From assembly GCF_002113885.1 (NCBI RefSeq), contig NW_018408880.1:1666966-1730965 (forward strand): a DNA stretch of 64,000 nucleotides, given 5' to 3'. Below, in pieces: positions 13,515-24,288 of this stretch. Made by a program: the position numbers and the translations under genes. This DNA is from Mizuhopecten yessoensis. Its lineage: Eukaryota. Below the pieces are notes generated by a model, which made no database searches, was not told the origin of the DNA, and saw nothing but the letters and a program-made list of their open reading frames with translations. Within the stretch, counting starts at the first letter, position 1. Each line of letters opens with the position of its first letter.

Positions 13515-15143
13515 TCAGGAAATGGTTCAAGATTTGCCATGACTAGAATCATGATAGTATTGAAGAAGCTTCACGTTGATCAAATCAGTGACAATCCAGA
13601 CGATATTATCCTGATCCAAACCGATCGCTCTGATACACGTGCTGTCAGAGTGTATAACCGAAATGTGTTTCCCCTGATCACTGACAAGATGAACAAAACG
13701 TCTGTCAGCTATAACCAGGCTTCCATGACTGTCATGCGAAATATCCATGGGCTCCAAAATCGGCATGTCATCTGTGTATTTGAACAGTATTTCGAAGTTT
13801 TTGTTCATGACAAGCACCTGCCTCTGAGGAGTGTTTTCATCTGATACGCTTAGATCCAAAATTGCGATATTTTGAGAAACCCTACATTCGGAAATCTTGA
13901 CTGGATTGTGCCAACTGAAATTTTTCGTTCCAGACAATTTCGTAGAAATTCTCTTTCGGCCAGCAAGTGTGTATTTAGTGAGTCTTTGATTGGTTCAGAT
14001 CAGGATGTGACTGTCATATGTCACACACAGACAAACGGGCATGTCGTTGGTGTAGAATTGGAAACGAAAACATGGATTTTTTGACAGCAAGCAATTCATC
14101 ACGGACCAATCGTCTGCGTAACAGGCCCAAATGGTCTGTGTGGTTGGAGAAACACTAAAATCCGTAATTCGCAGGTTGGAGCGCTCCTCTGTGTACACGA
14201 AGCCGTTCCTGTGCAAGAGAATTGTACCTTTCATGTCAGAATAAGTCACCCAAACTCTATCCTCTTGGTCTGTACATATAGTATTTCCAACGTTAGATTT
14301 GACTGCGACTTCAGTTATTACTTTAGCTTTTGGTAGTAGTCTATCTTTGGATGACACAGGTTCTGGCTGGGAAAGTTTCTCGTGCAAATGTTTGTTTGTC
14401 TCTGAACGTATTGATCTAGTTGTAGCAATGTCATTCGACTGAGTAGACCCCGACAAACCTGAAGATATATCAGGGATTGCATCTCTCTCGTGCAGATCGA
14501 CATGCTCAAAGGTACCAAATGCTTTTTCAAGGTTTCCATAGAAGTGGTCGTTTGTAGTAAACCTGACTTGTTTTAGAGAAGGTTTGAATGGACATACAAA
14601 AGCATTAGGAATAGCAAAATCGTAGATCTCAACATCACCTCCAGTGTGAAGGAACTCTTTACATTCTTGCAAATGTGTTTCAAAACTCTGCAGCCTTTTA
14701 TGAAGTTTTTCCTTGAAATTTTTCAATTCAAAAGCATTTCCTTTTTCCAATACTTTATAAAGTCCTGTAAATTTTGCAATTTGAGCGTCTATCTCTTCTT
14801 TCATTCGATTGCCTTGTTCCGTCAAATGTATGATATGATTCGCAAAATGGTCAGAATTATTTTTCAGTTCATTGTCTGCCCAATCCAACTCATTTCTGAC
14901 TTCAAGTAAATCCTTTTTCTCTATATGCTCAATAAACTGCTTGATTTTTTCTTTCTTCGCTGCTATTCTGATACTTAGGTCTCCCAGAACGTGGTTCCTA
15001 TGAACTGTATGTAGACACTGGGGACATCCAAGTTCATTACACGTTTCACACTTGAAAATCACCTGCTTTCCATGGTGATAAGCACAGATGGATTGACCTT
15101 TGCTCCTTACTGCCTGTTGACCTGCTGATGATAAGTCGACCAT
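13515..15143 (-). pseudogene. TRIM-like copy 2 with two in-frame nonsense codons
   Basis: Same length and frame as copies 1 and 3. GGA>TGA at 13995-13997 and TGT>TGA at 13527-13529. The ancestral stop is retained at 13515-13517. Confidence 0.85.
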
Positions 15144-17465
15144 TTGAATCAATGTGTGTAAGTAAACACGTTCTGTCGAGTAAATAAGTAAGTTTTACTG
15201 GCAAAGCAACACAACTATGACGTTTTATATCTAACCGTATGTAATAAATAATACAATTTTAATCAAACAGGAAGATAACAATTTTAGTGAATTTGATTGG
15301 TCAATGGCTTGTCCAATGGAAGTGATAAATAGAACAATATTTATAGTCAGATGAGGGTACCTACATGTTAAAAGCCCCGATATACCAAAGGGTGTGTATG
15401 TTTAACATTAATAATCTGATAACCGATAACCGAATGGATATGATAGCAGATGCTTTTAATTTAGACATTGTACCATCATATCCATTATTGTTACTGATAT
15501 GTATCAATATATATATATATAAACATTGATGATGCAATTACAAGGAGATCAACGTTAAGCACACACAGGAGATTGCAGCTATGAAATTTGGTAATAGATA
15601 CAGTAAGCCAACAATGAATTACACTACATCATACAGCTGTTTCGCCCTTATATGACTCATCAGTGATGTGAGGGGCTGAAAAGGTGGAGAAGCAGAATGG
15701 GTGGTGTGTAAACCCCTTTATTAAACGAATTTCAAAAATAACAGGAGTACTGGTTACTTCAATAACTTTAATAACGAATAAAGTGTGTATATTATGAACT
15801 CAAAAAAAAGATTACTGTCACCTTCAATGTTACAGCAAACCGCGGGGACTAAGAAATCCGCCGGCAGAGTCAACCGCCTTGTACCTTGAAAAATGAACGA
15901 AACACACACGTGATTGCGTCTGTACAATGTTGGTAATAAATAGAGTATGCCAAAAGTGAATTACACAGCATCATATACATATGCAAGACCACACACTTGC
16001 GTTTTTCTAACGAATCAGAAAGCACGATACACTAGTGGGTGGTCTTGCTTTTATCACATACCTTTCGTATTTGGTAGAGATCGATACAAAGATTTTTATA
16101 AACTTTGAAATTTTTTGCAATTAACGGGAACTTTTAAGTTCGCCATGGCAAGGGAATTCCCATAAAAAGTCGTCCCGGCTAGTAGGTAAATACAACATTC
16201 TGTATTGTACATGTGCAATACAGAACGTTGTATTTCATGGTCTGAAAATTGCTTGTATGGCTATAACAAGATTCAACAGGAATGTGATAAAGATAGTTAA
16301 TAGTACATAGCGAAATAAAGGTATTGAGACTATAGTCTTTTTAAAAATAGTGATATGCCAATTCTTTTGCAGTTAATACATACACTGAATCGAACAATGA
16401 ATGGAATCCAGGTCAACTCAACATCTAATATTATGTGCCATTACATAAACAGGGTTAACCTTATTTTTTCGAAGTCGATGAGAAAGTGGAAAAAACTTGA
16501 CTCATTGATGGTACTAATAGTCAAACAATTCAAATTCATTGCAATACTCTGTGACTGTATATCACCGGAAAATAAATCATCAGCCGTGATATGTGTCACG
16601 ACCTTATAATAACACGAAAAACATGTCCTCATGTGATCTAGTCATCTTGCAGTGAAATAACACCTTCACATACATGTTAAAATATTTAACAATTAAAAAA
16701 AACAATTATTGTGATGTCGTATGCAATGGTTTCAGGAATTATCGTGAAAGCAAAAATGACGGCACTTTGCTAGGTTTTATGTCCAAATGTGTTACTTATA
16801 GCAAGGAATATGGTATAATGAAGAAGAATAACAATTTCGCTGGAACTTATTTCTTAAAAAATATATACTTATAAAAGCAATTTGCTTAAAGACCTTGATA
16901 TATATTTCCTTGACTTTTTCAGGTCTGGCAACATGAAATAAATGTGTCATAATAATGGTTGGGTGTCTCTGGTAGAGAAGAAGACAATACACATTACTGC
17001 AGATGAGTTTAATTGGCGACAGTTACATATACATGTACTGAGTTTAATTGGCGACAGTTACATATACATGTACTGAGTTTAATTGGCGACAGTTACATAT
17101 ACATGTACTGAGTTTAATTGGCGACAGTTACATATACATGTACTGAGTTTAATTGGCGACAGTTACATATACATGTACTGAGTTTAATTGGCGACAGTTA
17201 CATATACATGTACTGAGTTTAATTGGCGACAGTTACATATACATGTACTGAGTTTAATTGGCGACAGTTACATATACATGTACTGAGTTTAATTGGCGAC
17301 AGTTACATATACATGTACTGAGTTTAATTGGCGACAGTTACATATACATGTACTGAGTTTAATTGGCGACAGTTACATATACATGTACTGAGTTTAATTG
17401 GCGACAGTTATATATACATGTACTGCATATAACTTAAATTTTGCAAGACATACACATTCGCGTTA
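15144..17465. repeat. Segmental duplication: upstream flank of copy 2, paralogous to ~19768-21725 and in part to ~6375-7145
   Basis: Long colinear identity, for example 16590-17004 versus 21225-21645. The spurious ORFs are also shared. Confidence 0.9.
17005..17424. repeat. 35-bp minisatellite, 12 near-identical copies
   Basis: Unit gagtttaattggcgacagttacatatacatgtact. It is present once at the paralogous site 21646-21680. Confidence 0.95.
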
Positions 17466-18138
17466 ATATTTATTTTACACACCATACTTCTAGAAGATAA
17501 TATATATAATTTACATATACTGTTAGAAGATAATGTTTATATTTATTTTACACACCATACTTATAGAAGATAATATATATAATTTACATATCATACTGTT
17601 AGAAGATAATGTATATATCTATGTTACACACCATACTTCTAGACATACTGATAGAAAATAATATATATACAAACAAAGTTTACACTGCTAGCAAGATAAT
17701 GTTTAACAATATCATATACGGTAATTCAAAAAGCTGTTTGAGTATGTATCATTACATTTGGGACGGAAATCCAGACACTACCCTCGCTTTCTTCAATATC
17801 CCCCACCTCTCCCCTCCACTATTATTTCAGTAATTGTCAACGCGACAATTTCCACACTGCGATCAGTTTACAGAGTTACAATCTTCAATCTTACAGATTC
17901 AGGAGAGCAGTGTATGAAGGGTCGTAGTCACATGATCTCCGTGGCACAAAAACATTAGATTCCAACACAACCGCGAATTATTTCTATTAAGTAACACTTC
18001 AATTCAACACTGCGCGGCCTTGTAATTTAAGTATGAACATTCAGGCCACAAACGAAGTTTCAGGAAATGGTACAAGATTTGCCAGCAAAATACACCTAAT
18101 AGTATTGAAGAATGATCATCCGGACCACCCAAAAAGTT

Positions 18139-19767
18139 TCAGGAAATAGTACAAGATTTGCTGGAGCTAGAATCATGATAGTATTGTAGAAGCTTCACCT
18201 TGTTCAAATCAGTGACAATCCAGACGATATTGTCCTGATCCAAACCGATCGCTCTGATACACGTGCTGTCGGAGTGTATAACCGAAATGTGTTTCCCCTG
18301 ATCACTGACAAGGTGAACAAAACGTCTGTCAGCTATAACCAGGCTTCCATAACTGTCATACGAAATATCCATGGGCTCCAAAATCGGCATTTCACCTGTG
18401 TATTTGAACAGTATTTCGAAGTTTTTGTTCATGACTAGCACCTGCCTCTGAGGAGTGTTTTCATCGGATACGCTTAGATCCAAAATTGCGATATTTTGAG
18501 AAACCCTACATTCGGAAATCTTGACTGGATTGTGACCATTGAAATTTTCCGTTCCTGACAATTTCGTAGAAATTTTCTTTCGGCCAGCAAGTGTGTATTT
18601 GGTGAGTCTTTGATTGGTTCCGATCAGGATGTGACTGTCATTGGTTGCACACAGACAAACGGGCATGTCGTTGGTGTAGAATTGGAAACGAAAAAATTGA
18701 TTTTTTGACAGCAAGCAATTCATCACGGACCAATCGTCTGCGGAACAGGCCCAAAGGGTATGTGTGGTTGGAGAAACACTAATATCCATAATTCTCCGGT
18801 GGGAGCGCACCTCTGTGTTCACGAGGCCGTTCCTGTGCAAGAGAATTACACCTTTCGTGTCAGAAAAAGTCGTCCAAACTCTATCAGTTCGGTCGGTACA
18901 TATGGTATTTCCAACGTTAGATTTGACTGCGACTTCAGTTATTACTTTAGCTTTTGGTAGTAGTCTATCTTTGGATGACACAGGTTCTGGCTGGGAAAGT
19001 TTCTCGTGCAAATGTTTTTTTGTCTCTGAACGTATTGATCTAGCTGTAGCAATGTCATTCGACTGAGTAGACCCCGACGAACCTGGAGATATATCAGGGA
19101 TTGCATCTCTCTCGTGCAGATCGACATGCTCAAAGGTACCAAATGCTTTTTCAAGGTTTCCATAGAAGTGGTCGTTTGAAGTAAACCTGACTTGTTTTAG
19201 AGAAGGTTTGAATGGACATACAAAAGCATTAGGAATAGCAAAGTCGTAGATCTCAACATCACCTCCAGTTTGAAGGAACTCTTTACATTCTTGCAAATGT
19301 GTTTCAAAACTCTGCAGCCTTTTATGAAGTTTTTCCTTGAAATTTTTCAATTCCAAAGCATTTCCTTCTTCCAATACTTTATAAAGTCCTGTAAATTTTG
19401 CAATTTGAGCGTCTATCTCTTCTTTCATTCGGTTGCCTTGTTCCGTCAAATGTATGATATGATTCGCAAAATGTTCAGAATTATTTTTCAGTTCATTGTC
19501 TGTCCAATCCAACTCATTTCTGACTTCAAGTAAATCCTTTTTCTCTATATGCTCAATAAACTGCTGGATTTTTTCTTTCTTCCCTGCTATTTTGATACTT
19601 AGGTCTCCCAGAACGTGGTTTCTATGAACTGTATGTAGACACTGGAGACATCCAAGTTCATTACACGTTTCACACTCGAAAATCACCTGGTTTCCATGGT
19701 GATAAGCACAGATGGATTGACCTTTGCTCCTTACTGCCTGTTGACCTGCTGATGATAAGTCGACCAT
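18139..19767 (-). CDS. RING-less TRIM-like protein, copy 3 (B-box2, coiled coil, NHL-like propeller, CaaX), 542 aa
   Basis: Intact ORF from ATG 19767 with the same architecture as copy 1. Ends SSSKSCTIS*. Confidence 0.88.
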   Translation of the reverse strand: MVDLSSAGQQAVRSKGQSICAYHHGNQVIFECETCNELGCLQCLHTVHRNHVLGDLSIKIAGKKEKIQQFIEHIEKKDLLEVRNELDWTDNELKNNSEHFANHIIHLTEQGNRMKEEIDAQIAKFTGLYKVLEEGNALELKNFKEKLHKRLQSFETHLQECKEFLQTGGDVEIYDFAIPNAFVCPFKPSLKQVRFTSNDHFYGNLEKAFGTFEHVDLHERDAIPDISPGSSGSTQSNDIATARSIRSETKKHLHEKLSQPEPVSSKDRLLPKAKVITEVAVKSNVGNTICTDRTDRVWTTFSDTKGVILLHRNGLVNTEVRSHRRIMDISVSPTTHTLWACSADDWSVMNCLLSKNQFFRFQFYTNDMPVCLCATNDSHILIGTNQRLTKYTLAGRKKISTKLSGTENFNGHNPVKISECRVSQNIAILDLSVSDENTPQRQVLVMNKNFEILFKYTGEMPILEPMDISYDSYGSLVIADRRFVHLVSDQGKHISVIHSDSTCIRAIGLDQDNIVWIVTDLNKVKLLQYYHDSSSSKSCTIS

Positions 19768-22011
19768 TTGAATCAATGTGTGTAAGTTAACATGTTCTGT
19801 CGAGGCAACACAACGTTGACGCTTTATACCTAACCTTATGTAATAAATAATACAATTTTAATCAAACAGGAATATAACAATTTTAGTAAATTTGATTGGT
19901 CAATGGCTTGTCCAATGGAAGCGATAAAAATAACAATGTTTATAGTCAGATGAGCGTACCTTCATGTTAATAGCCACCGATATACTAATGGGTGTGTATG
20001 TTTAACATCAATAATCTGATTACTGATAACCGAAAGGATATTTTAATTTAGACAGTGTACTAGCATATCCGTAATTGTTACTGATAAAGCTTCTGCTGTG
20101 GTTATGCATTAAGAATATATACATTTTGTACATAAACATTAATGATGAAATTACAGGGAGATCAACGTAACATCATACTGCTGTTTCGTCCTTCTATGAC
20201 TCATCGGTGATGTAAGGGGCTGAAAAGGTGGAAATCCGAATTGTTTAAAATATTGTTGAAGCAGAATGGGAGGTGTGTTAACCCTTAATTAAACGAATTT
20301 CAAAAATAACAGAAGTACTGGTTACTTCAATAACTTTAGTAACGGGTAAAATCTGTATATTATGAACCCCAAAAAAACCATTACAGTCACCTTCAATGTT
20401 ACAGCAAACCTCTGGGACTAAGAAATCCGCTAGCAGAGTCTACCGCCTTGTATCATGTGATTGCACCTTAACAATTTGGGTAATAAATAGAGTATGCCAA
20501 AAGTGAATTACACAGCATCATATACATATGCAAGACCACACACTTGTGTTTTTCTAACGAATCAGAAAGCCCGAAATACAAGTGTGTGGTCTTGCTTTTA
20601 TCACATACCTTCGGTATTTGGTAGAGATCGATACAAAGATTTTATAAACTTTAATATTTTTTGCAAATACCGGGAACTTTTCGGTTCGCCATGGCAAGGG
20701 GATTCCCATAAAAAGTAGTTCCGGCTAGTAGGTAAATAGAACATTCTGTATTGCACATTTCATGGTCTGAAAATTGCTTGTATTACCATAACAAGATTCA
20801 ACAGGTATGTGATAAATCTAGTTAATGGTACATAGCGAAATAAAGGTGTTTAGACTCAAGTCTTTGTAAAATAGTGATATGTCAATTCTTTTGCAGTAAA
20901 TACATACACTGAATCGAACAATGAATGGAATCCAGGTCAACTCAACATCTGATGTTATGTACCATTACATATACAGTTTAACCTAGTTATGTCGAAGTCG
21001 ATGGGATAGTGGGAACAAACTTCCGAGTTCGAATTCGAGTTAAATGAGTTTCCATGTTTGGTATTCATTTCTTTATAATGTTTGGTTAAACAGGAGACTA
21101 TCTGAGGAAGTGTTTTTACTACACAAGATGATTTTCTGTCTACGTCTCATCGATGGTACTTATAGACAAAAAAAATCAAAATCCTTGCAATACTCTGTGA
21201 CTGTAGATCACCGGAAAATAATTCATCAGCCGTGATATGTGTCACGACCTTAAAATATCACGAAAAACATGTCCTCATATGATCTAGTCATCTTGCAGTG
21301 AAATAACGACTTCACATACTTGTAAAAAATGTAACATGTCAAATGAACAATTGTGATGTCGTATGCAATGGTTTCAGGAATTATCGTGAAAGCAAAAATG
21401 ACGGCACTTTTCTAGGTTTTATGTCCAAATGTGTTACTTATAGCAAGGAATATGGTATAATGAAGAAGAATAACAATTTCGCTGGAACTTATTTCTTCAA
21501 AATATATACTTATAAAAGCAATTTGCTTAAAAACCTTGATATATATTTCCATGACTTTTTCAGGTCTGGCAACATGAAAAAAAATTGTCATAATAATGGT
21601 TGGGTGTCTCTGGTAGAGGTGAAGACGATACACATGACTGCAGATGAGTTTAATTGGCGACAGTTACATATACATGTACTGCATATCACTTACATTTTGC
21701 AAAAGACATACACATTCGCGTTAATTCGTGAATTATCATACATAAAGCTAACAAATATTGATCAAACACATGCATATTGATATGTATTAATTCATTTGGT
21801 GAACTCATTTGTTTTTTAAATAAGTATTTACGAATAATCAGCTGGACCTACTTATAGTTAGTAAAAGCAATGAATCTTTTGTCAGACTGCACATGCTGGT
21901 TTTCTGTGTTCCGTCTCGATAAATTTGTTGATTCTTGTTCACGGTGAAACCTTGTCAGTTTCAACAATTTTGTTTCTGTATACAGTGGAACTTTATCAGT
22001 ACCGATACTGT

Positions 22012-22368
22012 CAACCTCGATATACAGGGGTTACGCTCACTTTCGCTCTCTGAACCCCTGGAATATGTCATTGCAAAATTGAAGGCACGAAGATGGCTTT
22101 GATTGTTTGAATGGGCTCGGGTCAAAAAACTGACCAATCGCTAGGCTGATACCTGTCCTTTGAAGATTACAAAGGAGAGACGCCCGACTTCAAAGCCTGT
22201 CAATTTTTACCGTTACGTGACCGCGAGATTCTTTTGATGTACATCATAGGATCGAACTCGTCTTCTTGTCTCACCAACGAGGTGGCGCACACCGAGCCTT
22301 CAATTTTGCCGACATATTCCAGGGGTGTAGAGAGCGAAAGTGAGTGTTACCCCTGGATATCGAGGATG
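22012..22368. mobile_element. MITE with ~65-bp terminal inverted repeats
   Basis: caacctcgatatacaggggttacgctcactttcgctctc... / ...gagagcgaaagtgagtgttacccctggatatcgaggatg. Partial relatives are at ~27130-27296 and ~46780-46985. Confidence 0.8.
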
Positions 22369-22619
22369 CGATACTGTGTGTACAATGAAACCACGTAAGT
22401 ATTGCCTCTTTTATGGTGGCTGCAGTATATTGATTTGTACATGAAAACTTCAAAAGACAAGACTGTGGTGTCTGCCTTCATTAGTCTGGACAATTATTTT
22501 CTGTCTTGAGTATATCTAATTAGGAAAAAAGAGTTTCTTTAATCGAGACTTCCACTATTTCCAAGGTAGATGATTATGCTTAAACTCAATTTACATACAG
22601 AGCCTAAGTGGCAGACATC

Positions 22620-23220
22620 TGTTTCTCACAGACAATGTCTAAAATTATATAATCTTAATTAAAGAGAAATGTTTCTCACATAAAATATCTAGCCTTATAT
22701 AATCTAAATCGAAGAGAAATTTGTTTCTCACAGACGATGTCTATCATGATATAATTCAAATTTAAGAGAATTTTTTTTTCTCACAGACAATGTCTAGGAT
22801 TATATAATCCTAATCGAAGAGAAATGTGTTTCTCACAGACAATGTCTAGCATCATAATCTTAATTTAAGAGAAAATTTGTTCCTCACAGACGATGTCTAT
22901 CATTATTTAATCTTAATCGTAGAGAAATGTATTTCTCACAATGTCTAGGATTATTTAATCTTAATCGTAGAGAAATGTATTTCTCACAATGTCTAGGATT
23001 ATATAATCTTAATCGTAGAGAAATGTGTTTCTCACAGACAATGTCTAGCATTATAAAATCTTTATCGTAGATAAATTCGTTTCTCACAGAAAAGGTATAG
23101 CATATGATCTTAATTGAAGAGAAAAATGTTTCTCACAGATGATGGCAAGGATAATATAATCTTAATCGTAGAGAAATTTGTTTTTCTCACAGACAATGTC
23201 TAGGATTATATATTCTTATT
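22620..23220. repeat. ~50-bp degenerate tandem repeat, ~12 copies
   Basis: Core tttctcacagacaatgtctaggattatataatcttaatcgtagagaaat. Confidence 0.9.
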
Positions 23221-23817
23221 TTAGTGAAACATACTAATTACAGTGGATAATTTTCGTAAATTAAAATATACAAGAAGGAAAACCGGTAATAATGTTATTA
23301 CATATCTTTATTTTCAACAACAATTTTTGTTTAACAATGAATGCACAGAAATGTATACACAAATAGTATATTCTCTGTATGTTCTTAATGTCTTTTCCTT
23401 TTTCGATTTTGTTTTTACCTAGAAATCTGATGAAACAGACAGTATATTTCAGTTACTGCTTATTACTCTGCTGATGGAATTTAAATTTATTTATTTTTCT
23501 ATTCTCTTCACCAGAAAATCTAATAAAGAAGAAAAATGGCACTAACTTATTTTGCACTTTCGTATTTTTTATTTAATTCAGGAATTCTGATTAAGACAGC
23601 AAGTGACATTTGAAAGTTTTACATTATACTCCTTTAATATCTTGTTGTGTCAGTGTTCTGCTCCACCAAAATTCATATAAGAGCTGGCTTTCTTGATAAA
23701 TTGTCTGTTATATTCATTTTGGAATAATCACATCTCAATATTCATGCCAGATACATTTTAAGAGGTGGGCTGAATCTTACTTTGGGCTCAAAACTGCTAA
23801 AACCTGTTAGGAATTAA

Positions 23818-23900
23818 CCCTTTCACCCCTAGATAACTTTCGTAGACTCTACCATACATTTGTCTGGGTGAGTCCATTATGGTCTACAGTGGTGAAAGGG
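23818..23900. mobile_element. 83-bp piggyBac-type MITE
   Basis: TTAA|ccctttcacc...ggtgaaaggg|TTAA. A second copy is at 47031-47113. Confidence 0.85.
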
Positions 23901-24032
23901 TTAAAATCTTTTATCAAAGATAAAACTTTCCTCAAATCAGAGAAATTAAAGATATTGCCCAAACTGTACCTTCTGTTCTGTTACATGTCAATGCCTAACA
24001 AGATCACAGATCTAAAATATATTCCACACATA

Positions 24033-24288
24033 TCAATCAGAATCACTGAGAACCATTTCTGAGGCCTCAGCCATGGGTTCTCCCCCTTCCCCCGCCTCCT
24101 GGTCACGACACTTGGAGTGCTGCAGTTCTCTTCGTGTCTCCGGTGTAATGAGACCATGTGAGTGTACGCGTAAAAGTTCTAATAAACTCTCCTTCTGTTC
24201 AGAAGAAATGTCCTCTTTGTATCGCTGTGCGAAAGTCAGGAAACACTGATGCCACAATACCGGTAATTCTCTCTTGTCAGACATAAAC
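24033..24288 (-). CDS. BYSL: Bystin exon 10
   Basis: [24 protein letters not shown]...VLSDSD*. Confidence 0.92.

Noticed and set aside
13995-13997. Selenocysteine or programmed readthrough at the in-frame TGA codons of copy 2
   Set aside because: The first TGA replaces Gly, no SECIS was recognised, and single-base nonsense mutations explain both stops.
17005-17424. CRISPR-like 35-bp repeats
   Set aside because: The units are contiguous with no spacers, there are no cas genes, and the context is eukaryotic.
21343-21780. 145-aa ORF duplicated near 16674
   Set aside because: The paralog is frameshifted, there is no recognisable domain, and the similarity is explained by the segmental duplication.
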